From Pseudomonadota bacterium (lineage in GTDB: Bacteria > Pseudomonadota > Gammaproteobacteria > RBG-16-57-12), in NCBI GenBank assembly GCA_040752855.1, contig JBFMHP010000031.1, positions 10,340 through 74,339 of the forward strand: 64,000 nt of DNA, given 5' to 3'. The first letter of the stretch is position 1. The number at the start of each line of letters is the position of its first letter. The position numbers were made by a program, and so were the translations under genes. Positions 32,855-42,175 of this stretch are shown here, in pieces. The notes under the pieces are model-generated. The model had not been told where the DNA came from. It made no database searches and saw only the letters and a list, made by a program, of their open reading frames with translations.

Positions 32855-33769
32855 GTGCGCCGCAAAGAACGGGGCCGCGCTGTCAGCGGCATTCTCTTGT
32901 TGGATAAACCGCTCGGGATCAGCTCCAACGCCGCACTGCAAAAGGTCAAGGGGATCTATCGCGCCCAAAAGGCCGGGCACACGGGAAGTCTCGACCCGCT
33001 GGCGACCGGCATGCTGCCGGTCTGCCTCGGCGAGGCCACCAAGGTTTCCGCCTATCTGCTCGATGCGGACAAGTATTATCTGGCGCGCTGCAAGCTGGGG
33101 GTAACCACCACCACTGGCGACAGCGAGGGCGAGGTCGTGGCGCAGTATCCGGTGGGCGAGATTTCCGAAGAAAGGCTGCAGGCCGTGATCGCATCCTTCA
33201 TCGGCGAGATCGAACAGATCCCGCCCATGCACTCGGCCCTCAAGCGTGATGGGGTTCCACTCTACAAACTGGCGCATCAAGGCATCGAGATCGAGCGCGA
33301 GCCGCGCCAGGTGGTAATCCACGCCCTGACGGCGCGGCGCGTGGAAGAGACGGTGCTGGAACTTTCGGTGCATTGCTCCAAGGGCACCTACATCCGCACC
33401 CTCGCTGAGGATATCGGCAAGGCCTTGGGCTGCGGCGCGCACCTGATCGGACTGCGCCGCGAGTGGGTGGGCGGCTTCGAGCGCCGGCCGATGCATACCC
33501 TGGCCGAGCTGCAGGAGGTTGCGGCGCAAGGCTTGGAGGCGCTGGATCGGTTGCTGCTGCCGATGGACACGCCATTGACTGCGATGCCGACGGTCGAGCT
33601 GACCGATGATGCCGCGTTTTACATCCAGCGCGGCCAATTCGTGTTCGTTCCCCAGGCTCCGGCCGCCGGTCTGGTCAGGCTCTATGCCGGGGAAAAACGC
33701 TTCCTGGGTGTTGGCGAGGTGCGCGATGATGGTAAAATCGCGCCCCGAAGGCTAGTCAATATCCAGTAA
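32855..33769 (+). CDS. truB: tRNA pseudouridine(55) synthase
   Basis: GILLLDKPLGISSN...KAGHTGSLDPLATGMLPVCLGEATK with the catalytic Asp motif. GTG start. Confidence 0.9.
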   Translation: MRRKERGRAVSGILLLDKPLGISSNAALQKVKGIYRAQKAGHTGSLDPLATGMLPVCLGEATKVSAYLLDADKYYLARCKLGVTTTTGDSEGEVVAQYPVGEISEERLQAVIASFIGEIEQIPPMHSALKRDGVPLYKLAHQGIEIEREPRQVVIHALTARRVEETVLELSVHCSKGTYIRTLAEDIGKALGCGAHLIGLRREWVGGFERRPMHTLAELQEVAAQGLEALDRLLLPMDTPLTAMPTVELTDDAAFYIQRGQFVFVPQAPAAGLVRLYAGEKRFLGVGEVRDDGKIAPRRLVNIQ

Positions 33770-33824
33770 TTCAATGTAAAATACCGCCTTTTATATTTAT
33801 GGGACTATTTCAGGAGTAACCCCA

Positions 33825-34094
33825 ATGACCATGACTGCTCAAGACAAACAGAAGATCATCAACGATTACAAGCGCGGCGAGCGCGACACCGGCTCCCCCG
33901 AGGTGCAGGTTGCGCTGCTGACCGCGCGTATCGAAGATCTTTCCAACCACTTCAAAGATCACACCAAGGATCACCATTCACGTCAGGGCCTGCTGCGCCT
34001 GGTCAATCAGCGCCGCAAGCTGCTCGAGTACATCAAGAACAGCGACGTAGCGCGTTACCGCGACCTCGTAAGCCGCCTGGGTCTGCGCAAGTAA
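33825..34094 (+). CDS. rpsO: 30S ribosomal protein S15
   Basis: 89 aa containing [24 protein letters not shown]. Confidence 0.93.
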   Translation: MTMTAQDKQKIINDYKRGERDTGSPEVQVALLTARIEDLSNHFKDHTKDHHSRQGLLRLVNQRRKLLEYIKNSDVARYRDLVSRLGLRK

Positions 34095-34128
34095 GACTGT
34101 TCTGAACTCATCTTTTAAGGAAACCGAC

Positions 34129-36222
34129 GTGACAACAGCGATAACAAAGACATTCCAGTACGGTAATCACACCGTGAAATTGGTGACGGGTGAGATCGCC
34201 CGTCAGGCAAGCGGCGCAGTAATGGCGAGCATGGGCGATACTACCGTACTGGTTACCGCTGTTGTAATGAAGGAAGCCGATCCTGGGCGCGACTTCTTCC
34301 CACTTACCGTGAACTACCAGGAGCGTACCTACGCTGCCGGTAAGATCCCGGGCGGCTATTTCAAGCGTGAAGGCCGTCCGACAGAAAAGGAAACGCTGAC
34401 CTCGCGTCTGATCGACCGTCCGATCCGTCCGATGTTTCCCGATGAATTCACCAACGAGGTTCAGATCATCGCCACCGTCATGGCGCTCGACCCGCAGATC
34501 GATCCGGATATCCCGTCGATGCTGGGGGCTTCCGCCGCCCTGATGCTCACCGGTTGCCCGTTCAACGGTCCCTTGGGCGCGGCACGCGTGGGCTACAAGA
34601 GTGGCCAGTATCTGCTCAATCCCACGGCCGCGGAGCTGAAGGATTCCGATCTGGATCTGGTCGTCGCCGGCACTGAAAGCGCTGTATTGATGGTTGAATC
34701 CGAAGCGAAAGAGCTGCCGGAAGACGTGATGCTCGGGGCCGTGGTGTATGGCCACGAGCAGATGCAGACCGCCATCCGCGCCATTCGTGAATTGGCCGCC
34801 GAGGCGGGCACCGTCTCCTGGAATTGGACCGCCCCGGCGAAGGATCTTGAGCTGGCCAATGCCGTCGCCCAAGCCGGCAAGGCCGATATCGCTGCGGCCT
34901 ATCAGATCCGCGTGAAGCAGGAGCGCTACGAGCGCCTGAGCGCGATTCGCCAGGCGATCACCGAAAAGCTCTGCCCCGCAGGGGCTGAAGCGCCGAAGTG
35001 GAGCCCGGAAGCTGTGCGCACCGCCATCGAGTCACTGGAAAGTTCCATCGTGCGCAACCAGATCCTCGAAGGTAAGCCGCGTATCGACGGCCGCGACACC
35101 AAATCCATTCGCCCGATCTCGGTCAAGACCGGCATCCTGCCGCGCGTGCATGGCTCAGCCCTGTTCACCCGCGGTGAAACCCAGGCCATCGTCACCATCA
35201 CCCTGGGCACCGAGCGTGATGCGCAAATCATCGACGCCATCGAAGGCGAATACAAAGACCCCTTCATGTTCCATTACAACTTCCCGCCGTATAGCGTCGG
35301 CGAGACCGGCATGGTCGGCAGCCCCAAGCGCCGCGAGATCGGTCACGGCCGCCTGGCCAAGCGCGGCGTGGCCGCCGTGATGCCTGCGTTGGAGAAGTTC
35401 CCGTACTCCGTGCGCACCGTCTCCGAGATCACCGAGTCCAACGGTTCGAGTTCCATGGCCAGCGTATGCGGCAGCAGCTTGGCCCTGATGGACGCCGGCG
35501 TACCGGTCAAGGCGCCGGTGGCGGGCATCGCCATGGGCTTGATCAAGGAGCCGAGCGGCTTTGCCGTATTGAGCGACATCCTGGGTGACGAAGATCACCT
35601 GGGCGACATGGACTTCAAGGTGGCCGGTACCGCCAACGGCGTCACCGCGCTGCAAATGGATATCAAGATTGACGGCATCACCAAGGAAATCATGCAAGTG
35701 GCCCTGGCCCAAGCCAAACAAGGCCGCCTGCACATCCTGGGTGAGATGGCCAAGGCGATCACCGCCCCGCGCGCCGATATCTCCGCCTTCGCCCCGCGCA
35801 TCACCACGATCCACATCAATCCCGAGAAGATCCGCGATGTGATCGGCAAGGGTGGGGCCACCATCCGCGCCATCACTGAGGAAACCGGCACCACCATCGA
35901 CATCACCGATGACGGCACCGTGAAGATCGCCGCCGTCGATGGCAACGCCGCCGCTGCGGCGCGCAAGCGCATCGAAGAGATCACCGCCGATGTGGAAGTC
36001 GGCCAGATCTACGAAGGTCGTGTCGCCAAACTGGCCGACTTCGGGGCGTTTGTCACCATCCTGCCGGGACGTGACGGCCTGGTGCACATCTCCCAAATCT
36101 GCGAAGAGCGTGTCGAGAAGGTCAGCGACAAATTGTCCGAAGGCGACATCGTCAAGGTCAAGGTCCTGGAGATCGACAAGCAAGGCAAGATCCGCCTGAG
36201 CATGAAGGCGGTCAACGCCTGA
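34129..36222 (+). CDS. pnp: Polynucleotide phosphorylase
   Basis: Two RNase PH domains, then KH and S1 domains. GTG start. 697 aa. Confidence 0.93.
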   Translation: MTTAITKTFQYGNHTVKLVTGEIARQASGAVMASMGDTTVLVTAVVMKEADPGRDFFPLTVNYQERTYAAGKIPGGYFKREGRPTEKETLTSRLIDRPIRPMFPDEFTNEVQIIATVMALDPQIDPDIPSMLGASAALMLTGCPFNGPLGAARVGYKSGQYLLNPTAAELKDSDLDLVVAGTESAVLMVESEAKELPEDVMLGAVVYGHEQMQTAIRAIRELAAEAGTVSWNWTAPAKDLELANAVAQAGKADIAAAYQIRVKQERYERLSAIRQAITEKLCPAGAEAPKWSPEAVRTAIESLESSIVRNQILEGKPRIDGRDTKSIRPISVKTGILPRVHGSALFTRGETQAIVTITLGTERDAQIIDAIEGEYKDPFMFHYNFPPYSVGETGMVGSPKRREIGHGRLAKRGVAAVMPALEKFPYSVRTVSEITESNGSSSMASVCGSSLALMDAGVPVKAPVAGIAMGLIKEPSGFAVLSDILGDEDHLGDMDFKVAGTANGVTALQMDIKIDGITKEIMQVALAQAKQGRLHILGEMAKAITAPRADISAFAPRITTIHINPEKIRDVIGKGGATIRAITEETGTTIDITDDGTVKIAAVDGNAAAAARKRIEEITADVEVGQIYEGRVAKLADFGAFVTILPGRDGLVHISQICEERVEKVSDKLSEGDIVKVKVLEIDKQGKIRLSMKAVNA

Positions 36223-36250
36223 TCTCCAAATCACATCTTAATTCACTAAA

Positions 36251-36271
36251 AGGGCCGCAAGGCCCTTTTTT
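36251..36271 (+). terminator. Rho-independent terminator after pnp
   Basis: agggcc-gcaa-ggccct followed by ttttt. Confidence 0.8.
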
Positions 36272-36286
36272 AATATCTTTCTCCAC

Positions 36287-36595
36287 TCAATCTATGCCGC
36301 GCGCTTTATCATAGGCATCGAACAGGATCTGCTCCAAGCTTGGGGTTGCGTCAATCGTTTTTGAATTGATGGCGATAGCCACGACGTAACCGTTGGGGTG
36401 GTGAACGATCAAGGTGCGTAAGCCGGTGTCGTCGAAATAATTCATCACACCGTTTAAATGAAACGCAAAGCTCCCGTTCATGGCGCTCGCTGAGGCCCAA
36501 CCGAGTTGATCATCGATTACCGAGCGATTGGCCGTTATTTGGTATGTACGTGGGGGATGAAAGTTTCGCGGGCGGTCAAGTGGTGGAAAAACCAT
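36287..36595 (-). CDS. Hypothetical small protein (102 aa)
   Basis: ORF only, with a weak SD. It lies at the edge of a lower-GC islet and no family is recognised. Confidence 0.35.
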   Translation of the reverse strand: MVFPPLDRPRNFHPPRTYQITANRSVIDDQLGWASASAMNGSFAFHLNGVMNYFDDTGLRTLIVHHPNGYVVAIAINSKTIDATPSLEQILFDAYDKARGID

Positions 36596-36791
36596 GGCAT
36601 GCTCATGCAGACCTCTATCAATAGGCTCTGAGCGTATTTCTTCGAAAGTTTAGTGCCGGCGGCCAGGATAGCAACCGTCCTGATGCTATGTGTGAACCGC
36701 TCGAATTGCTGTCATTCCAGTGGATGCCGGAATCCAGGAGACTCACCGAAGAGGAAAGCACCGGACTCTGGCATGCGCAGGGATGACGGTG

Positions 36792-36813
36792 TTAAGTAAG
36801 TGCCATTCAGGCC
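36792..36813 (+). other. Copy A of a shared motif, TTAAGTAAGTGCCATTC(A)GGCC
   Basis: 17 of 17 nt identical to 50828-50844 and followed by GGCC in both copies. See the findings. Confidence 0.6.
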
Positions 36814-36890
36814 TGGCTCGGACTAATCCCCCTTAAGACCAGCTCGGAGTCGGTGAGATACGAACTGTATGCTTTGAGTTCTAAGTGTTG

Positions 36891-37868
36891 TCACGGATTG
36901 TTGGAGGCGACCTCAGTTGCTTCTGTTCTGGTCGCAGGAATCCACTGTTTGATGTCGGTCGGCTCGTCTGATCTGTCGCGCGCAGCGGCCGCGCCGCTGT
37001 CCAATGGCGGCGATGCTACGATGAAACACTCATTTTCCGCATTGCAGATGATGCCCTGGTCGTCCCATGGCAATTGCTGATAAAAAGCAGTGCCGTTCAA
37101 GGCGGGATACGGATATTTCAAGATATCGAAGTACGGGGAGGTATCGAAGTCTTTTGGCAGGTACACGGCATTATTGCGATTGTATAGGCGCATATCCCCG
37201 AACTTCTCATGACGCACGATGGGGAGGATCGGATAATGAACCGCGGAAAATGCCGATGCAATCATTGATGAGCAGATCGTCTTGTCCGGGATGCCCAGCG
37301 TGTGCGCGTAGAGACTTGAGTGCCAACGCCGTGGGAGGATGCTAAGAGGTATGACAAAGCGCGCCAAGTCAAACATCTGGCGAAGATTGTAATCAAGCCC
37401 CAGGTGATCGATGACATGGCGGATGATTTTTTGCGCGTCCGTCTGTGTCAGTCCGCGCGGACGGCAGAGCCGCAAATGGTGGTGGCGGTATTTTTTCAGG
37501 GGGGAGATGACGGTGCCCCGGGTCAGCAGCGGTTCAATCAACAGCCGTTCATTTTCTTTAGCGGGGTAAAATTGCAGAATCCGCTCGCGCAGATCGGCGT
37601 CGTGAATATCCTTGAGTCGACCGATGTAGATTGCCGAATGTGACCAGATACTTTGTGTAACAGCCTTGATGAGTTTGCTGGCCCGGCTGTGGCCTTCTAC
37701 CAAGAGGACATCGCAAGGCCGGATCTCGACTAAGAGGCGTTTGAAGTCACACTGGTAACGAGGGATTGGCGTGCTTTCCTTGCTTAACCAGTGCACCAGC
37801 CATTGCCGCAGCATGGATTTTATCTCCATGCCATTCCGAGTTTTATTATTCAATGTTCCCGTTTTCAA
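36891..37868 (-). CDS. YiiX-like permuted papain-fold (NlpC/P60 superfamily, DUF830-like) protein
   Basis: The segment CDVLLVEGHSRASKLIKAVTQSIWSHSAIYIG resembles the YiiX/YebB pattern GDIIF...S..S..I..AT.S.YSH.G. The gene has lower GC than its neighbours, and the C-terminal ~60 aa may be over-extension. Confidence 0.5.
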   Translation of the reverse strand: MKTGTLNNKTRNGMEIKSMLRQWLVHWLSKESTPIPRYQCDFKRLLVEIRPCDVLLVEGHSRASKLIKAVTQSIWSHSAIYIGRLKDIHDADLRERILQFYPAKENERLLIEPLLTRGTVISPLKKYRHHHLRLCRPRGLTQTDAQKIIRHVIDHLGLDYNLRQMFDLARFVIPLSILPRRWHSSLYAHTLGIPDKTICSSMIASAFSAVHYPILPIVRHEKFGDMRLYNRNNAVYLPKDFDTSPYFDILKYPYPALNGTAFYQQLPWDDQGIICNAENECFIVASPPLDSGAAAARDRSDEPTDIKQWIPATRTEATEVASNNP

Positions 37869-38254
37869 TTTTAAGCACCCCAGTCATGAAATATACAGAG
37901 CCGCTTAGATCATTTGGGAAATGTTTCGATCCTGATAACAATAATGTTAGCCGTCAGAGTCATTTTTTCCATACGAAGAAACATATTCACAATTATTGAC
38001 TTTTACCTTCTTGCATCGCGCTGCCGATTTGGTTGGAACTGCGCTATGCGCTACCTAATTCGTCCTGACGTCTGCTCATGACAAGGCGGTGCGAATTTTT
38101 GTACCCGCATTGGTAGATCTTACGGCGGTGGTCTATATATCTAGTTGTCAGGCAAAAAGTATTGCCTATTTATCCTATAAAAATATCGGTATAAAACGAC
38201 ATGACGCAAGACGAGGAATCGCCGAACGAGAGCTTATTGCGCTTGTCACGGAGT

Positions 38255-39841
38255 ATGGACAAGCGCGCTTACATGATTTTTCTCGTGGCGATGCTATTCC
38301 TCACTGTGGTTGTGCTCGGCGCATGCGCTCAGGTGGCATTGCCGCCGCACGCCACGCCAGTTACGGTCGTGCCGCAGCGCGACTGGTCGGACGCGATCCT
38401 GTATTTCGTGTTGATCGACCGCTATGCCGATGGCGACCAGGGCAGCAATTCACGCGTCGATCGGCTCAATCCGGGTGCCTATCATGGCGGCGACCTGTTG
38501 GGGCTTGCGCGACAACTCGACGAGATTGCCGCGCTTGGAGTCACCGCGATCTGGATCAATCCAGTGGTCAAGCAAATCGATTCACCTGTATGGGCCCAGG
38601 GGCCGCCGGGCAGCGGTTGGGAGGGAGGCTTCGAGCATTGGGCTTTTCATGGCTATTGGGCGGAGGACTTCGAGCGTATCGAGCCGCATTTTGGCAGCGA
38701 GGCGCAGCTCAAGGCGTTGGTAGAGGCTGCGCGCGCGCGCGGGCTCAAGGTGTTGCTTGATGTGGTCTACAACCATCCCGGCTACGGTGCGCGTTATCTC
38801 ACTGATCCCGCCACACGTCACTGGCTGCGCGAGAGTCAACCCGATTGCGCGACGGATTCGCTGACCTGTCAAGTCGGCGGACTTCCCGATTTTCGCACCG
38901 AGCTTCCTGAGGTGCGTGAGTATCTGTTTCGCGCCCATCTGGGTCTTGCCCAGCGCATCGGTGTCGACGGCTTTCGTCTCGACACCGTCAAGCATGTCGA
39001 GCATGACTTCTGGCGGGCGCATCGGGCGCGCAGCCGCGCCGAGCTTGGTACTTCGTTCTTCCTGCTCGGCGAGGTGTGGGGCGGCTCGTACGAAGTCCTA
39101 GAGCCTTGGTTTTCCGGTGACGAGCTGGATGCCGGATTTGATTTCACCTTTCGGGGCAGCTGTCAGGGATATGTCGAAGGTAAAGGACGCACGATCGCGT
39201 ACGCGGCGTACTTGAAAAAACGCCACCAGGTGCGCGCGGGTTATCACCTCGCGCACTACCTGTCATCGCACGATGAACCCATGTTTCTGCACGAGCTCGG
39301 CAATGACATCCAGAAGTTCAAATTATGCGCGGCGTTACAGATGACGAGCCTGGGGATTCCGGTGATCTATTACGGCGAGGAGGTGGCGCGGAAGGGCGGC
39401 GCGTGGCCAACCAACCGCGGTGACATGCCGTGGGGTGACCGCGCGATTGCGCCTGGCAACGGAGTGGCGCGCGATGAGAAGCTGCGCGAGTACTACCGTC
39501 AGTTGATCGCGCTGCGCCGCGCCCACCCGGCGCTGTCGCGCGGCGCCTTCCGCGAGCTTGCCACGGACGGCGATCTGCTGGTGTTTGCGCGCGAGGATCA
39601 AGCCTCGAACGACAGTGTGATCGTGGCGGTCAATCGCGGCGAAGCACAGGCCACCGCAACGGTCCCGCCGCCGTCGCGCTGGACCGAGGAAGCGGTGCGC
39701 GAGGCATTGAGCGGCGCACCGGCGGAAATCGATGACGGGCGGCTTGTTATCAAGACGCCGCCGCGCACCGCGCAGGTGTATGTGGTGGAGCGCAGAATAA
39801 CAGGGGCGATCCCATGGCCGACATTCGCTTCAAGCATGTAG
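38255..39841 (+). CDS. GH13 alpha-amylase family lipoprotein
   Basis: Signal peptide with lipobox (LTVVVLGAC) and GH13 regions: DAILYFVLIDRYADGD, GFRLDTVKHV, LLGEVWGG, YLSSHDEP. The ORF-track start at 38201 was trimmed to ATG 38255. Confidence 0.85.
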   Translation: MDKRAYMIFLVAMLFLTVVVLGACAQVALPPHATPVTVVPQRDWSDAILYFVLIDRYADGDQGSNSRVDRLNPGAYHGGDLLGLARQLDEIAALGVTAIWINPVVKQIDSPVWAQGPPGSGWEGGFEHWAFHGYWAEDFERIEPHFGSEAQLKALVEAARARGLKVLLDVVYNHPGYGARYLTDPATRHWLRESQPDCATDSLTCQVGGLPDFRTELPEVREYLFRAHLGLAQRIGVDGFRLDTVKHVEHDFWRAHRARSRAELGTSFFLLGEVWGGSYEVLEPWFSGDELDAGFDFTFRGSCQGYVEGKGRTIAYAAYLKKRHQVRAGYHLAHYLSSHDEPMFLHELGNDIQKFKLCAALQMTSLGIPVIYYGEEVARKGGAWPTNRGDMPWGDRAIAPGNGVARDEKLREYYRQLIALRRAHPALSRGAFRELATDGDLLVFAREDQASNDSVIVAVNRGEAQATATVPPPSRWTEEAVREALSGAPAEIDDGRLVIKTPPRTAQVYVVERRITGAIPWPTFASSM

Positions 39842-40959
39842 CCAAGCGCTTCGGCGAGGTGAGCGTGATCGAGGATCTCAATCTCGAGATCGCCGATCAG
39901 GAATTTATCGTGCTGGTCGGACCCTCCGGCTGCGGCAAGTCGACCATTCTGCGCATGATCGCCGGGCTCGAGTCGCTGAGCGACGGTGAACTCTACATCG
40001 GCGATCGGTTGGTCAACGACGTGGCGCCCAAGGATCGCGACGTGGCCATGGTATTCCAGAGTTACGCGCTCTATCCGCACATGACCGTGCGCGACAACAT
40101 TTCCTTCGGTCTGCGCATCCGCAAGATGCCGCCGCAGGAGATAGATGTTGCGGTCAATGAGGCGGCCGGCATTCTGGGTCTGAATGCGCTGCTCGAACGA
40201 AAACCGAAGGAACTCTCCGGCGGGCAGCGCCAGCGCGTGGCGTTGGGACGTGCCATCGTGCGCAAGCCTGCCGTCTTCCTGTTTGATGAGCCCCTATCCA
40301 ACCTCGACGCCGAACTGCGCGTGCAGATGCGCGCCGAGCTGGGCAAGCTGCAAGATCGTCTCAGGACCACCACGGTATATGTGACGCATGATCAGGTCGA
40401 GGCGATGACCCTCGGCGACCGCATCGCCGTGCTCAAATCCGGCAAGCTCATGCAGGTCGGACGTCCGCTCGAACTCTATGACACCCCGCAGAACATCTTC
40501 GTGGCGCGCTTCATCGGCTCGCCCCCGATGAATATGCTGCGCGTAGAGGTGGCCGACGACGGCCGCAGCTTGCAGCACGCCGTCTTTACCGTCCCGGTGC
40601 CGGAACGGTTACGCCAGGCGGTTGCGCCATACCGCAACAAAACCGTGGCGCTCGGCATCCGCTCGGAGCACATCGGCGAGGCGGGGCGGCAGGATTGGCG
40701 GTTGTCCGTGGAGCTCGATGGAGTCATCGATATCTTCGAACCGCTTGGGCACGAGATCATCGTGCACGTGCGCAGCGGCGAGGAACGCATCCTTGCCAAG
40801 TTCGAGGCGACCCGGCTTCCGGTGATGGGGCAGCAGATCCGGCTGGCGCTGAATGCCGATAAGATTCACCTTTTCGATGCGCAGACTGAACAGCGCTTGA
40901 GCGAAGCATACAGTAACGATGCACACGAGGAGCGTAGCCATGAAACGAAATCCGCTTAA
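39814..40959 (+). CDS. malK: Sugar ABC transporter ATP-binding protein (MalK/UgpC family)
   Basis: Walker A (GPSGCGKST), signature (LSGGQRQRVALGRA), Walker B (FLFDEPLSNLD) and a C-terminal TOBE domain. Confidence 0.88.
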   Translation: MADIRFKHVAKRFGEVSVIEDLNLEIADQEFIVLVGPSGCGKSTILRMIAGLESLSDGELYIGDRLVNDVAPKDRDVAMVFQSYALYPHMTVRDNISFGLRIRKMPPQEIDVAVNEAAGILGLNALLERKPKELSGGQRQRVALGRAIVRKPAVFLFDEPLSNLDAELRVQMRAELGKLQDRLRTTTVYVTHDQVEAMTLGDRIAVLKSGKLMQVGRPLELYDTPQNIFVARFIGSPPMNMLRVEVADDGRSLQHAVFTVPVPERLRQAVAPYRNKTVALGIRSEHIGEAGRQDWRLSVELDGVIDIFEPLGHEIIVHVRSGEERILAKFEATRLPVMGQQIRLALNADKIHLFDAQTEQRLSEAYSNDAHEERSHETKSA

Positions 40960-42175
40960 AGTGTTATTTGGTTCGATGATCGCAGCGGTGTTGCTGGGCG
41001 GTTTCGTTACGCAGGCCGTGGCCGAGACAACCGCGCTCACCATTTGGCATGCCTATCGCGGCGCGGAAAAGGCGGCGTTCGAGCGTGTGATCGCCAGTTA
41101 CAACAAGCGAGCGAAGGGCGTGGAGGTAACCACGCTGGCGGTGCCCTATGATGCCTACGCCGACAAGATCACCGCGGCGGTGCCGCGCGGCAAGGGGCCG
41201 GATGTGTTCATCTTCGCACAGGATCGGCTCGGCGGCTGGATCGAAGGCGGCGCGACCGTCGAGCCGATCGACTTTTATCTCGATGAGCAAACCCGCAATC
41301 AATTCCTGCCGAGCATGCTCTCGGCGATGACCTACCGCGGCACCGTGTACGGCCTGCCGCTCAACTACAAGAGCATCACGCTCATCTACAACAAGAAACT
41401 CGTGCCCACGCCGCCGAAGACATCGGGTGAGCTGGTCAAAATCGCCAAGGGGCTCACCAATGCGGCTGTCGGCAAATTCGGACTCGCGTACGCATACAAC
41501 GACTACTATTATCACGCCGCGCTGCAGAATGCCTTTGGCGGACGCGCATTCGATCCCGGACCGAAGCCGGCGCTCAACGCGCGCGAGAACATTGCCGCGA
41601 TGCAGCTGCTGCTGAAGTGGATGGGCAAGGATGCCATCGTGCCGGCGGAACCATCGACGGCGCTCATCACTTCACTGTTCAATCAAGGCAAAGCGGCCAT
41701 GGTGTTTTCGGGGCCGTGGTTCCTCGGCGAGATCGCGCCCGAGATTGATTATGGGCTTGCGGTGCTGCCGACCATCGACGAGGCCGGCGGCCAGCCGATG
41801 CGCCCCTGGGTCACGATAGAAGGCGTGTATGTGTCGGCCAGTTCCCAACACAAGGAAGTCGCGTATGATCTCGCCAAGTACCTGGTCTCGGAGGAGGCCG
41901 GACTGGTGCTCGCGGTCGAGGGCCGCCAGCTGCCCTCCAACAAGGCCGTGTACACACACAAAGAGGTGTCCGAGGACAAGGTGCTCTCCGCCTTCCGTCG
42001 CCAACTCGACACCGCGATCCCGATGCCAAATTTCGCCGAGATGACGGTAATGTGGTCGCCGGCCACCACCGCGATGAACACCATCGTGCGCGGTGCCGCG
42101 CCCCCCGAGGTTGCGCTGGAGAAGGCCCAGCGCTCGGTTGAGAAAGACATCGCCGCGCTGAGGAAGGGCAGATGA
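40940..42175 (+). CDS. malE: Maltose/maltodextrin-type ABC substrate-binding protein
   Basis: Signal peptide (MKRNPLKVLFGSMIAAVLLGGFVTQAVA) and MalE-like family-1 SBP sequence. GAGGAG SD. Confidence 0.8.
   Translation: MKRNPLKVLFGSMIAAVLLGGFVTQAVAETTALTIWHAYRGAEKAAFERVIASYNKRAKGVEVTTLAVPYDAYADKITAAVPRGKGPDVFIFAQDRLGGWIEGGATVEPIDFYLDEQTRNQFLPSMLSAMTYRGTVYGLPLNYKSITLIYNKKLVPTPPKTSGELVKIAKGLTNAAVGKFGLAYAYNDYYYHAALQNAFGGRAFDPGPKPALNARENIAAMQLLLKWMGKDAIVPAEPSTALITSLFNQGKAAMVFSGPWFLGEIAPEIDYGLAVLPTIDEAGGQPMRPWVTIEGVYVSASSQHKEVAYDLAKYLVSEEAGLVLAVEGRQLPSNKAVYTHKEVSEDKVLSAFRRQLDTAIPMPNFAEMTVMWSPATTAMNTIVRGAAPPEVALEKAQRSVEKDIAALRKGR

Noticed and set aside
35155-36234. 359-aa ORF on the minus strand, antisense to pnp
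   Set aside because: Shadow ORF in a high-GC gene. Asp/Gly/Ala-rich with no recognisable domain.
36596-36890. Possible housekeeping ncRNA (tmRNA, RNase P RNA, 6S or SRP) in the 295-bp non-coding stretch
   Set aside because: No tRNA-like acceptor or T-arm, no RNase P P4 or tmRNA resume-codon features, and no SRP domain IV motif. The stretch may still hold a novel sRNA, but nothing identifiable.
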